A DNA stretch of 64,000 nt from Candidatus Limnocylindria bacterium (lineage in GTDB: Bacteria > Chloroflexota > Limnocylindria > P2-11E): assembly GCA_035651155.1 (NCBI GenBank), contig DASRGG010000028.1:55041-119040 (forward strand), written 5' to 3'. Shown one piece after another: positions 41,874-51,550 of this stretch. Below the pieces are notes generated by a model. The model saw only the letters and a list, made by a program, of their open reading frames with translations. It had not been told where the DNA came from and ran no database searches. The stretch's first letter is position 1; the number at the start of each line of letters is the position of its first letter. The position numbers and the translations under genes are program-made.

Positions 41874-42643
41874 AGGACCTTCGCCTCCTCGTGCAGCGCC
41901 TTCGCGATCTGCTCCGCGACGCCCTTCGCATCGCCGTCGAGCTTGAAGATCCTTCCCTGCCCGCGCTGCGGCGGCGGCTCCATCGCGAGAATCTCGAGCC
42001 TCGGCGCGCCCGGCGTCACGCCGAGCGAGGCGAGATCCTTCTCGGGGATCTCCTTCTTCTTCGCCTTCATGATGCCGGGCAAGCTCGGGTAGCGCGGCTC
42101 CTTCTCGCTCTTGTGCACGAGCCCGACGACCGGCGGCGTCGCGTTCCAGACCTCGTGACCGCCCTCGACCTCGCGCCACATCTCCACGCAGCTCCCCGCC
42201 GGGACGAGCTTCGTGAGCATGCCGACGTGCGGCCATCCGAGCGCCTCGGCGAGGGCAGGACCGACGAGGCCCTGGTCGTCGTCCGACGCCTGCTTGCCGC
42301 AGAGGACGACGTCCGGCTTCATCTCCCTCACGACGGCGGCGAGCGCTTTCGCGACGTCGAGTCCGGCGAGGTCGCCCTCGGCCACGACGAGCGTCGCGTC
42401 GTCGCAGCCCATCGCGAGCGCCTGCCGCAGCGCGTCCTTCGTGCGGGCCGCTCCGACGGCGACGACGGATACGACCGTGCTCGGGTCGGCGTCCTTTCGC
42501 TCGAGCGCGAGCTCGATGGCGTATTCGTCGTAGGGCGAGATGGACCAGGTGATCCCGTCGGTGGCGATGGAGCGGCCGTCGCTTCCCACCTTCACGCGGA
42601 CGGTCGAATCCGGGACCTGCTTCAGGCAGACAAGAAACCTCAT
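41870..42643 (-). CDS. etfB: Electron transfer flavoprotein beta subunit
   Basis: MRFLVCLKQVPDSTVRVKV..., with a GAGGAG ribosome-binding site upstream. Confidence 0.88.
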   Translation of the reverse strand: MRFLVCLKQVPDSTVRVKVGSDGRSIATDGITWSISPYDEYAIELALERKDADPSTVVSVVAVGAARTKDALRQALAMGCDDATLVVAEGDLAGLDVAKALAAVVREMKPDVVLCGKQASDDDQGLVGPALAEALGWPHVGMLTKLVPAGSCVEMWREVEGGHEVWNATPPVVGLVHKSEKEPRYPSLPGIMKAKKKEIPEKDLASLGVTPGAPRLEILAMEPPPQRGQGRIFKLDGDAKGVAEQIAKALHEEAKVL

Positions 42644-42644
42644 G

Positions 42645-42761
42645 TCACACGATCTCCTCGTCGTTTGCGTACATCCATGCGATCCACGCCGCGCCACCCG
42701 CGACGGCGAGCGCGACGATCGCGCCGACGATCCACGCGATGGTGCTTGCGTCGAATTCCAT
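42645..42761 (-). CDS. 38-aa single-TM micro-ORF wedged between the Fe-S oxidoreductase and etfB
   Basis: MEFDASTIAWIVGAIVALAVAGGAAWIAWMYANDEEIV. The ATG lies 2 nt after the Fe-S oxidoreductase TAG, and its stop lies 1 nt before the etfB ATG. The etfB ribosome-binding site is inside its 3' end. Confidence 0.35.
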   Translation of the reverse strand: MEFDASTIAWIVGAIVALAVAGGAAWIAWMYANDEEIV

Positions 42762-42763
42762 TG

Positions 42764-44785
42764 CTAGCCCCCTTGCGCCGCGCTCGGCGTCGCCTCGACG
42801 AGCCGCGCCGCCACGAGCTCGAGGACGTCCACCGGCTTCACCTGCGCCTGGATGCCCTTCGCCCCCACGCCCTCGTCCAGCATGATCAGGCAGTAGGGGC
42901 ACCCGCTCGCGACCTTCGTCGCGCCGGTGTCCGCCATCACGAGCTGCTCCACCCGGCGGTGGTTCACGCGCTGCCCCATCTTCTCTTCCATCCACATCCG
43001 CCCGCCGCCCGCGCCGCAGCAGAATCCGCGCTCGCGGTGGTGCGGCGCGATCTCGCGCCGTTCGACGCCCGGGATCGCGTCGAGCACGGCGCGCGGCTCG
43101 TCGTAGATGCCGTTGTGCCGCCCGAGGTAGCACGGATCGTGGTACGCGACGACATCGGCAACCCCGTCCCGCAGCGTGATCCGCTTCTCCGTGATGAGCT
43201 TCTGCACGAACGGCAGCGCGTGCACCACCTCGTAGCTGCCGCCGAGCTGCGGGTATTCGTTCGCGATGGTGTTGAAGCAGTGCGGGCAGCTCGTGATGAC
43301 CTTCTTCACCGCCGTCGCGTTCATCGTCTCGATGTTCTGCCGCGCCTGCAGCTGGAAGAGGTACTCGTTCCCGAGCCGGCGCGCCGGATCGCCGTTGCAG
43401 GTCTCCGCGGCGCCGAGGATGGCGAACGAGACGCCCGCGGCCCTCAGGATCGTCGCGAGCGCGCGCGCGACCTTCTGGTTGCGCCGGTCGTACGACGCCG
43501 CGCAGCCGACGAAGTACAGGTACTCGGCGTCCGGGCGCTCGGCGAACGTGGGGATCTCGAGACCCTGCGCCCAGTCGCCACGCGACGCGCGCGGCTCGCC
43601 CCACGGGTTGCCGGCGCGCTCGATGTTCGTCATAGACCGCTGCGCCTCCGGCGGCATCGATCCTTCCATGAGCGCGAGGTAGCGGCGCATGTCGACGATC
43701 TTGTCGATGTGCTCGATGGTCACCGGGCACGCCTCGACGCACGCCGCGCAGGTCGTGCACGCCCAGAGCTCCTCCGGCTTCGTGTCCACCCAGTGCGCCG
43801 GCGCGGTGGTCTCAGCCTTCGGGTCGGCGAGCAGCTTCGGACCCTCGGCCAGCAGCTGGTTGCGGATGTCGAGCACGATCTTCTGCGGGTCGAGCGGCTT
43901 GCCTGTCGCGAGCGCCGGGCAGGCGTCGGAGCAGCGCCCGCACTCGGTGCAGGTGTAGCCGTCGAGGAGCTGCTTCCACGAGAAGTCGCGGATGGTGGCC
44001 GCGCCGAAGGTCTCCTTGTTCTCGATGTCCTCGACGAGCGAGAGCTGCCCGCGCGGCGTCTGCTTGCGGAAGAACACGTTCGGCAGCGTCGTGACGATGT
44101 GCAGGTGCTTCGTGCGCGGGAGGTACACCGCGAACGCGAGCACGGTGACGACGTGCGCCCACCACGCACCGGCGAAGATCGCGGCGCCGGCGGCCGTCGG
44201 GATGAGCGGCGCCAGCGCGCTCGCGACCGGCGGGCGCGGCTCGAGCAGGTCTCCCCGGGACGGGACGCGCGGCATCGCCTCCGCGGCCGACTCGAACGTC
44301 AGCAGCGTGAGCATGAGGAAGCCGATGAGCGCGAGGATCACGTAGCCCTCGGTGGCGATGTGCATCCGCGGCGGGCGGATGAGCGCGCGGCGGATCCACG
44401 CGACGACGACGGACACGAACACCGCGACCGCGAAGACGTCGAGCATCCACGCGTAGGCCGCCGTGTCGGTGAACGGCATGTGCCAGCCGAGGATGCCGCG
44501 CAGCAGCAGGTCGGCGCTGCCCCAGGTGATCACCAGGAAGCCCCAGAAGATGAGCGCGTGCCCGAGCCCGCGCACGTAGTACGGGCGCTTCAGGAGCTTG
44601 CGCTGGCCGAGGTAGATGACGAGCTCGTCGCGCACCCGCCGCCAACCGTGGTCGAGACGCGATTCGTCGCGCCCCAGGCGCAGCAGCCGGTACAGCCGGA
44701 CCGTGCGCCAGGCGAACGCACCGAACGCGGCGAGCGTGAGGATCAGGAGCACGACGGCCCAGAGGCCAGGCGTCGGGGCTACCAT
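42764..44785 (-). CDS. Membrane-bound Fe-S oxidoreductase, probable Etf:quinone oxidoreductase-like (heterodisulfide-reductase D / GlpC-like)
   Basis: 673 aa with about 6 N-terminal TM helices, then CTECGRCSDACP and CTTCAACVEACP (2x[4Fe-4S]) and two CCG domains (GCPYCLIML, GFCCGAGGG). Confidence 0.8.
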   Translation of the reverse strand: MVAPTPGLWAVVLLILTLAAFGAFAWRTVRLYRLLRLGRDESRLDHGWRRVRDELVIYLGQRKLLKRPYYVRGLGHALIFWGFLVITWGSADLLLRGILGWHMPFTDTAAYAWMLDVFAVAVFVSVVVAWIRRALIRPPRMHIATEGYVILALIGFLMLTLLTFESAAEAMPRVPSRGDLLEPRPPVASALAPLIPTAAGAAIFAGAWWAHVVTVLAFAVYLPRTKHLHIVTTLPNVFFRKQTPRGQLSLVEDIENKETFGAATIRDFSWKQLLDGYTCTECGRCSDACPALATGKPLDPQKIVLDIRNQLLAEGPKLLADPKAETTAPAHWVDTKPEELWACTTCAACVEACPVTIEHIDKIVDMRRYLALMEGSMPPEAQRSMTNIERAGNPWGEPRASRGDWAQGLEIPTFAERPDAEYLYFVGCAASYDRRNQKVARALATILRAAGVSFAILGAAETCNGDPARRLGNEYLFQLQARQNIETMNATAVKKVITSCPHCFNTIANEYPQLGGSYEVVHALPFVQKLITEKRITLRDGVADVVAYHDPCYLGRHNGIYDEPRAVLDAIPGVERREIAPHHRERGFCCGAGGGRMWMEEKMGQRVNHRRVEQLVMADTGATKVASGCPYCLIMLDEGVGAKGIQAQVKPVDVLELVAARLVEATPSAAQGG

Positions 44786-44792
44786 CAGCGGC

Positions 44793-45980
44793 TCATTCCT
44801 TGAGCATCTCCTCGGCGATGACGAGCTTCATGATCTCGCTCGTCCCTTCGTAGATCTCGGTGATCTTCGCGTCGCGGTAGTGGCGCTCGGCCGGGAAGTC
44901 CGTGAGGTAACCGTAGCCGCCGAAGATCTGCACGCAAGCGCGCGCGGCCTTCACCGCAACGTCGCTGGCGAAGAGCTTGGCCTCCGCGGCCGCGAGGATG
45001 TGCGGCTCGCCGCGATCCTTCAGCGCGGCGGCGTGCCACGTGAGCAGCCGCGCCGCGTCGATCTCGGTCGCCATGTCCGCGAGCATCTGCTGGATCGCCT
45101 GGAACTCCGCGATCGGCTTCCCGAAGGCCTGCCGCTCCTTCGCGTACGCGAGCGAATCCTCGAGACAGGCGCGCGCGATGCCGACCGCCTGCGCCGCGAT
45201 CGAGATGCGTCCGCCGTCGAGCGTCGACAGCGCGATCTTGAAGCCGTCGCCGACGCGGCCGATGAGGTTCGCGGCGGGCACGCGGCAGTCCTCGAAGACG
45301 AGCTGCGCCGTGTCGGAACCGCGGATGCCGAGCTTCGACTCGAGCTTCCCCACGCTGAACCCGGGCGTGCCGCGCTCGACGACGAACGCGGCGATCCCCT
45401 TGTGACGCAGGCTCGGCTCGGTCTGCGCGAACACGATCGCGACGCCGGCCTTCGAGCCGTTCGTGATGAAGTTCTTCGTGCCGTTCAGGACCCAGTGATC
45501 GCCGTCGCGCCGCGCGCTCGTGCGCATCGCCGCGGCGTCGCTGCCGGAGGCGGGCTCGGACAGCGCGAAGCACCCGAGCACCTCGCCGCGCGCCATGCCC
45601 GGAACCCACCGTTCCTTCTGCGATGCGCTGCCCCACCGGAGGATCGGCTCGATGGCGAGGCTCACGTGCGAGCAGAGGATCACGCCCGTGGACGCGCAGG
45701 CGCGGTTGATCTCCTCGACGACCAGCGCGTACGTGAGCGCGTCCATGCCGGCACCGCCGTAGCGCTCGGGCACGTCGATGCCCATGAAGCCGAGGCGTCC
45801 CATCTCCGCGACGAGCTCCGCGGGGACGCTCTTCTGCTCGTCGATCTCGTGCGCGATCGGCAGCACCTTCTCGCGCGCGAACTCGCGCGCGGTGCGCTGC
45901 ACCATCTCCTGCTCGGGCGACAGGGTGAGGTCGAAGCCGGAGCCCGTGCCGACCGGCTCAGTGCTCGTGGTCGTGGCCAT
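44793..45980 (-). CDS. Acyl-CoA dehydrogenase (short-chain / butyryl-CoA dehydrogenase-like)
   Basis: MATTTSTEPVGTGSGFDLTLSPEQEMVQ... is the ACAD fold. ATG at 45980 by residue counting. Confidence 0.85.
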   Translation of the reverse strand: MATTTSTEPVGTGSGFDLTLSPEQEMVQRTAREFAREKVLPIAHEIDEQKSVPAELVAEMGRLGFMGIDVPERYGGAGMDALTYALVVEEINRACASTGVILCSHVSLAIEPILRWGSASQKERWVPGMARGEVLGCFALSEPASGSDAAAMRTSARRDGDHWVLNGTKNFITNGSKAGVAIVFAQTEPSLRHKGIAAFVVERGTPGFSVGKLESKLGIRGSDTAQLVFEDCRVPAANLIGRVGDGFKIALSTLDGGRISIAAQAVGIARACLEDSLAYAKERQAFGKPIAEFQAIQQMLADMATEIDAARLLTWHAAALKDRGEPHILAAAEAKLFASDVAVKAARACVQIFGGYGYLTDFPAERHYRDAKITEIYEGTSEIMKLVIAEEMLKE

Positions 45981-46329
45981 GGCGGCCCTCCAGCGCGTAG
46001 ATGCCGACGTACCGGCCATCGGGGTCGCGCGCGAAGAAGTAGTCGCCGAAGAAGTCGCTCGACGTCGCGCCGGCCTGCCTCGCGCGGTCGTAGGCCGCGC
46101 GCACGTCCGCGACGCCGAACCACACGACGAAGCCACCGCTCGAGCTGATCTCCGCCGGCGTCCGGCGGTCGCCGCGATCGTGGAGCGCGAGCTTCGCGTT
46201 CTCCGCGTCGAGCCACGTGGCGTGCGCACCCTCCTCGCCGGCGAGCCCGACGACGTCGCGATAGAAACGCGCGATCTCCGCGCGCTTCCCGCTGAAGACC
46301 ATGACCGGCCCGATCTCGAGCTCGCTCAT
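45958..46329 (-). CDS. VOC / glyoxalase-bleomycin-resistance family protein
   Basis: 123 aa, MSELEIGPVMVFSGKRAEIARFYRDVVGL... Confidence 0.6.
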   Translation of the reverse strand: MSELEIGPVMVFSGKRAEIARFYRDVVGLAGEEGAHATWLDAENAKLALHDRGDRRTPAEISSSGGFVVWFGVADVRAAYDRARQAGATSSDFFGDYFFARDPDGRYVGIYALEGRHGHDHEH

Positions 46330-46339
46330 CGGTGCGCCC

Positions 46340-47203
46340 TCATGCGGTCGCCTCCACCCTGCTCTGCTCGTAGTCGTACACGCCGCGGCCGCTCTTGCGG
46401 CCGAGACGGCCCTCCGCGACGAGACGGCGCAGGTTCGGCGCAGGCGCGTACTTCGCGCTGCCGAGGTCGCGCTCGAGGACCTCCATGATCGCGACGCAGA
46501 CGTCGAGCCCGATGAGGTCCGCGAGACGGAGCGGCCCGATGGGGTGATTCATCCCGAGGGTCATCACCGTGTCGATGTCCTCCGCGGTCCCGACCTTCTC
46601 GTCGAGCGCGAGGAAGGCCTCGTTGATCATCGGCATGAGGATGCGGTTGGCGATGAAACCGGGCCGGTCGGCGGACACGACCGGCGTCTTGCCCAGCCGC
46701 TTCGCGAGGTCGACGATCGCTCCGAGCGTCTCCTCCGACGTGCGCGGCCCGCGCACCACCTCGACGAGGCGCATGACCGGCACGGGGTTCATGAAGTGCA
46801 TTCCCGCGACGCGCCCGGGACGCGTGGTGCGCGCGGCCAGCGCGTCGATCGAGATCGACGACGTGTTCGACGCGAGGATGACGTCCTTCCGCGTGACGCG
46901 GTCGAGCGTCGCGAAGAGCTCCTGCTTCACCGCGGGATCCTCGTAGGCGGCCTCGACGACGAGATCGGCGTCGGCGAGCGCGGCCACGTCCGTCGCAGCG
47001 CGGATCCGCGCCGCGATCTCGCCGGGCGGCGCGACGAGCTTGTCCTTCTCCGCCAGCTTCGCCAGCGACCCGCGGATGGTCGCGAGCCCGCGCTCGAGCT
47101 GGGCCTCCGCGACGTCGACCATCGTCACGTCGTGGCCGTTCATGGCGAAGGTCTGCGCGATGCCGGAGCCCATCGTCCCGGCGCCGACGACCCCGACCTT
47201 CAT
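46340..47203 (-). CDS. hbd: 3-hydroxybutyryl-CoA dehydrogenase
   Basis: MKVGVVGAGTMGSGIAQTFA...SNTSSISI... Confidence 0.9.
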   Translation of the reverse strand: MKVGVVGAGTMGSGIAQTFAMNGHDVTMVDVAEAQLERGLATIRGSLAKLAEKDKLVAPPGEIAARIRAATDVAALADADLVVEAAYEDPAVKQELFATLDRVTRKDVILASNTSSISIDALAARTTRPGRVAGMHFMNPVPVMRLVEVVRGPRTSEETLGAIVDLAKRLGKTPVVSADRPGFIANRILMPMINEAFLALDEKVGTAEDIDTVMTLGMNHPIGPLRLADLIGLDVCVAIMEVLERDLGSAKYAPAPNLRRLVAEGRLGRKSGRGVYDYEQSRVEATA

Positions 47204-47222
47204 CCGCCGCGCTCGGCCCGCA

Positions 47223-48398
47223 TCAGATCAGCTCGACCGCGAGCGCGACGGCCTCGCCGCCGCCGAGGCAGAGTGACGCGACGCCGCGGCCCTTGCCGCG
47301 CGCGCGGAGGGCGTAGAGGAGGGTCACCAGCAGCCGCGTGCCGCTCGCGCCGATGGGATGCCCCAGCGCGACCGCGCCGCCGTTCACGTTGAGCTTCGCC
47401 TCGGGGATCGCGAGCTCGCGCCGCACGCACTCGACGCCGCTGAACGCCTCGTTGATCTCGTAGAGGTCCACGTCGCCGACGCTCCAGCCGGCCTTCTCGA
47501 GGCACCGCACGATCGCGCCGCGCGGCGCGGTGAGGAACAGCTCGGGCTCGTGCGCGAACTGCCCCTGCGCGACGACCCGCGCGAGCGGCGTGGCACCGAG
47601 CTCGGCCGCGCGCTCGCGCGACGCGACGACGACGGCCGCGCCGCCGTCGTTGAGCTTCGAGGCGTTGCCCGCGGTGATCGTGCCGCCGGGCTTGAACGCG
47701 GGCTGGAGCGCCGCGAGGCCCTCGAGCGTCGTCTCGCGCGGCGTCTCGTCGCGGCTCACGACGGTCACGGCGCCCTTGCGGCCCGGCACCTCGACGGGGA
47801 CGATCTCCGCGTCGAACGCGCCGCTCTTCTGCGCCGCGAGCGCCTTCTCGTACGAGCGCAGCGCGAAGCGGTCCTGATCCTCGCGCGAAAGCCCGCACCG
47901 CTCGGCGGTGATCTCGCCGCCGAGACCCATGTGCCCGTGGCCGTAGGCGTCCACGAGCCCATCGGTGAGGTTCGCGTCCTCGATGGAGTGCTCGCCGAGC
48001 GAGAGCCCGGTGCGCGCGCCGCGCAGCAGGTACGGCGCGTTCGACATGCTCTCCATGCCGCCGGCGACGACCAGACGCGCCTCGCCCGCCACGATCTGCG
48101 TCGTCGCGAGCATCACCGCCTTCAGGCCCGAGCCGCACACCTTGTTCACGGTCGTGCACGGGACGCTGTTCGGGATGCCCGCGCCCAGCGCCGCCTGCCG
48201 CGCGGGCGCCTGGCCCACGCCGGCCTGCACGACGTTGCCCATGAAGACCTCGTCCACGTGGTCGGGCGCCACCTTCGCGCGCTCGAGCGCGCAGCGGATC
48301 GCGATCGCGCCGAGCTTCGGCGCCGGGAGCGGCGCGAGGCCGCCGAGGAACGCGCCGATCGGCGTGCGCGCGCCGCCGAGGATGACCACCTCGCTCAC
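47223..48398 (-). CDS. Acetyl-CoA C-acetyltransferase (thiolase II)
   Basis: VNKVCGSGLKAV...NASKLNDGGAAVVV...GHPIGASG. Confidence 0.9.
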   Translation of the reverse strand: MSEVVILGGARTPIGAFLGGLAPLPAPKLGAIAIRCALERAKVAPDHVDEVFMGNVVQAGVGQAPARQAALGAGIPNSVPCTTVNKVCGSGLKAVMLATTQIVAGEARLVVAGGMESMSNAPYLLRGARTGLSLGEHSIEDANLTDGLVDAYGHGHMGLGGEITAERCGLSREDQDRFALRSYEKALAAQKSGAFDAEIVPVEVPGRKGAVTVVSRDETPRETTLEGLAALQPAFKPGGTITAGNASKLNDGGAAVVVASRERAAELGATPLARVVAQGQFAHEPELFLTAPRGAIVRCLEKAGWSVGDVDLYEINEAFSGVECVRRELAIPEAKLNVNGGAVALGHPIGASGTRLLVTLLYALRARGKGRGVASLCLGGGEAVALAVELI

Positions 48399-48841
48399 TC
48401 TTCGTCCCCACCTTCGAGCAGGCGACGGGCCACGTGCTCGCGGTACGCGCGGATCTCGTCGCGCAGGCCTTCCAGCTCGCCGATCTTCTCGGTGATCGTC
48501 GCGAGGTGCGCGTCGAGCAGCTCCATGAGACGCGGCAGCACGTTGCGATTGGAGCGCTGGCGCCGGTACATGCGCTCGAGCTCGAGCATCTCCTGGAGGG
48601 ACAGGCCGAGCGTCTTCAGCTTGCGGATGAAGCGGAGACGGCGGACGTCGTCGTCGGTGTACACGCGGACGCCACCCTCGAGCCGCTTCACCGATTCGAG
48701 CAGCCCGAGCTCCTCGTAGTAGCGGATGGTCCGCTCGGTGAGCCCGACGCGCGACGCGAGCTCGCCGATCCGGTACTGGCCGACCGTGGTCGCCACCTGC
48801 GCCTCCCTGACGGAGCCTTCCGGCTGGATCGTTTCTGCCAC
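48395..48841 (-). CDS. MerR-family transcriptional regulator
   Basis: YRIGELASRVGLTERTIRYYEELGLL, a helix-turn-helix. The stop overlaps the thiolase start (ATGA). GTG start. Confidence 0.85.
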   Translation of the reverse strand: MAETIQPEGSVREAQVATTVGQYRIGELASRVGLTERTIRYYEELGLLESVKRLEGGVRVYTDDDVRRLRFIRKLKTLGLSLQEMLELERMYRRQRSNRNVLPRLMELLDAHLATITEKIGELEGLRDEIRAYREHVARRLLEGGDEE

Positions 48842-48846
48842 GTCTG

Positions 48847-48864
48847 CCAGTTCACGTCAACTGG
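48847..48864. promoter_or_regulatory. Candidate MerR-type operator / promoter dyad
   Basis: CCAGTTCACGTCAACTGG (arms CCAGTT / AACTGG around a CACGTC core) lies 6-23 nt upstream of the merR start. On the coding strand it reads CCAGTTGACGTGAACTGG and contains a TTGACG -35-like hexamer. Confidence 0.35.
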
Positions 48865-48941
48865 CGACCACCGGCCGGCCGGACCCGGCCTCCGGGCGCG
48901 ACCCGGAGACGTCGGCCGGCGAAGGACCAGGAGCGGCCGCG

Positions 48942-50159
48942 TCAGCGCGCGAGCTCGGCGATCGCGTTCTCCAGCGCTCGGGTGCCGAGCGCCGCGTCCT
49001 CGGTCGACGCGAACTCCGTCGGCGTATGGCTGCCGCCCGTCGAGCGGACGAAGAGCATCCCCGTCGGCACGCCCGAGAGCGACGGGTTCTGCGCGTCGTG
49101 TCCGGCGCCGGAGACGAGCCGCGGCGCCTCGACGCCGACCGCCTTCGTGGCGCGCGCGAGGACGTCGCGGACGCCCGCGTCGAGCGGCGTCACGGAGACG
49201 CGCTGGAGCGGCTCGGCGGCGATCTCGACGCCGCGCTCCGTCGCGACGCGATCCATGTGCCGGCGCAGCTCGGCGAGCGCGCCGTCGATCGATTCCTGCC
49301 GCGGCGCGCGGATGTCGAGCGAGAACACGCACACGCCGGGAACGACGTTCTTCGCGCCCGGGCGGACCGCGATCTCCCCCACCGTGCCCACCGTGTCCGG
49401 GAGCGCCGACGCGATCCGCTCGAGCGCGACGACGACCTCGCTCGCCGCGACGAGCGCATCCTTGCGCGCGCCCATGACCGTCGCGCCCGCGTGATCCTGA
49501 CGGCCGCGCACGGTGACGAGCCCGTGGTAGATGCCCACGATGTCGCTCACGATCCCGAGCGGGATGCCCGCCCGCTCGAGGCGCGGGCCCTGCTCGATGT
49601 GCAGCTCCAGGTAGGCGCGGATGCCCCTGGGATCGCGCGCGGCCTTCGAAGGGTCGCCGGACTCGCCGAGCGCGCGCAGCGCGTCCGCGATGGAGACGCC
49701 GTTCTTGTCGCGACGCTCCGCCGCGCCCGGCGGCAGCTTCCCGAACGCGGCGGCCGACCCGAAAAGACCGATGCCGAAGCGCGCGCCCTCCTCATCCGCC
49801 CACGCGACCACCTCGACGGGCCTCGCGAAGCGCGCGCCCGCCTCTCTGAGCGAGATCACCGCCTCGACCGCGCAGCACACGCCGAGAGCTCCGTCGAATC
49901 GCCCGCCCTCGGGGACCGAGTCGATGTGGCTGCCGACGAGGACGACCGGATCGCCGGGACGGTCGCCCGGGAAGCGGATGTACAGGTTGGCCGCCGCGTC
50001 GCGCCGGACGCTCACGCCGTACGGCGCGCACCACGACGCGACGACGTCGCGAGCCCTTTGCTCGTCGGGAGTGAGACCGAGACGCGACACCGATGCGCCG
50101 GACCCCCCGATCGCCGCGAGCTGATCGATGCGCCCTTGCAGCCGCGCGGCGTCGGTCAC
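48942..50159 (-). CDS. M20-family amidohydrolase (allantoate amidohydrolase / N-carbamoyl-L-amino-acid hydrolase-like)
   Basis: 405 aa with GSHIDSV, AWADEEG and the other Zn-binding residues. Confidence 0.8.
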   Translation of the reverse strand: MTDAARLQGRIDQLAAIGGSGASVSRLGLTPDEQRARDVVASWCAPYGVSVRRDAAANLYIRFPGDRPGDPVVLVGSHIDSVPEGGRFDGALGVCCAVEAVISLREAGARFARPVEVVAWADEEGARFGIGLFGSAAAFGKLPPGAAERRDKNGVSIADALRALGESGDPSKAARDPRGIRAYLELHIEQGPRLERAGIPLGIVSDIVGIYHGLVTVRGRQDHAGATVMGARKDALVAASEVVVALERIASALPDTVGTVGEIAVRPGAKNVVPGVCVFSLDIRAPRQESIDGALAELRRHMDRVATERGVEIAAEPLQRVSVTPLDAGVRDVLARATKAVGVEAPRLVSGAGHDAQNPSLSGVPTGMLFVRSTGGSHTPTEFASTEDAALGTRALENAIAELAR

Positions 50160-50707
50160 GGCGCCGCCTCGACGCGGACGCGCGACGCGAGCTCGTCCGG
50201 ACCGAAGGGCAGGCCCGCGAACACCTCGCGCTCGATCGTCTTCGCGATCGGGATCGCGCGCGCGATCTCATCGGTGTATCGCGGATGCCGCCGCGCGGTG
50301 TCCCGCGCGCGCTCCTCGAGCGATTCGACGGCCATTCCGCCGCGGCGGTCCGCGACGTACACGACCTTTTCGTCGAGCCCGCGCGGCGCGGTCGCGGGAT
50401 CGAGGACCGTGTAGATCGCGTGCCGTCGCGCCGGCTCGACGCAGGCGTCGAGCCCTTCGGCGGCGAGGACGAGCGCGGAGAGCTCGTTGTGCTCGCGCGG
50501 GTCGCCCGCGAGGAGCGGGCTGCGCCCGATGTCGTGCAAGTACGCCGCGAGCGTCACCGCGTCCGCGTCGATCCGATCGCCGGCATCCGCGCGCGCTCGC
50601 GCGAGCACCGCGCCGACCGCCCCGACGACGCGGGAGTGCTGCCGGAGCCAGTCCGGATATCCGTACCTTTCGAAGAAGCGCTCCGCCATCGTGGATAAGT
50701 CGGTCAT
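50156..50707 (-). CDS. HD-domain (HDIG-like) phosphohydrolase
   Basis: AAYLHDIGR. The stop overlaps the M20 hydrolase ATG (ATGA). Confidence 0.65.
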   Translation of the reverse strand: MTDLSTMAERFFERYGYPDWLRQHSRVVGAVGAVLARARADAGDRIDADAVTLAAYLHDIGRSPLLAGDPREHNELSALVLAAEGLDACVEPARRHAIYTVLDPATAPRGLDEKVVYVADRRGGMAVESLEERARDTARRHPRYTDEIARAIPIAKTIEREVFAGLPFGPDELASRVRVEAAP

Positions 50708-50769
50708 CCTGGCGTTGACACCCTCCCGCGCCGTTCATACGGTCGGCCCCGGGGAGCAGGGATCGCCAC

Positions 50770-51381
50770 ATGAGCCGCCCGGACGTCGACGAGCGCATCA
50801 TCGCGCACCTCGCCTTCGCGCGGGCGGTGGCCTCGCGATCGCTCGATCCGCGCTGCCGCGGCGCGGACCGCGAGGACCTCATCGCCTGGGGCGTGTTCGG
50901 CCTCGTCCAGGCCGCGCGGCGCTATCGCGGCGACCTCGGCGCTCCGTTCGGGGCGTACGCGGCGCGGCGCGTGCGCGGCCAGGTCCTCGACGCGCTGCGC
51001 GAGCGCGATCCGCTGACCCGCAGCGAGCGGCGCGCCTTCCGTGAAGCGCAGAAGGTGACCGAGGATCTGCCGCCCCCGTACGTCGAGGTGTCGCTCGACC
51101 GGCTCGCCGAGCTGGGCGACCCCGATCTGCGCGAGCGCGGTTCGGTCGCGCGCCGCGTGGATCCGCGCTGGTCGCTCGTCGCGGGCGAGCTCCGCCGCCT
51201 CCCGCCGCTCGAGCGCCGGGTCGTCGTGTACGCGTTCGCGCGCGGCATGACCCTGCGGGAGATCGGCGGGCGCGTCGGGCTCTCCGAGTCGGGCGTGTGC
51301 CGCGTCCGCGCGCGAGCGCTCCAGAAGCTGCGGGCCGCGTGCGCCGCGCGTGGCGACGAGGAGGGCGGCGCGGCCGCGTAG
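50770..51381 (+). CDS. RNA polymerase sigma factor, sigma-70 family (group 3-like)
   Basis: DLIAWGVFGLVQAARRY (region 2) and MTLREIGGRVGLSESGVCRVRARALQKLR (region 4 helix-turn-helix). Confidence 0.7.
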   Translation: MSRPDVDERIIAHLAFARAVASRSLDPRCRGADREDLIAWGVFGLVQAARRYRGDLGAPFGAYAARRVRGQVLDALRERDPLTRSERRAFREAQKVTEDLPPPYVEVSLDRLAELGDPDLRERGSVARRVDPRWSLVAGELRRLPPLERRVVVYAFARGMTLREIGGRVGLSESGVCRVRARALQKLRAACAARGDEEGGAAA

Positions 51382-51550
51382 TCGTCCGGCGAGCGTCCTG
51401 CGACACTCGCCGCATGACCGAGATCCGGCGGGCAGGACGCCGCGGCATCGGACGGCGGCTCGCCACGTCGGTGATCGGCCGGGCGGGCGATCGCGGCTCG
51501 CGCGTCATCCGCCTCCATGTCGAGTGTGCCGAGATGGAGATGGAGCGGCC

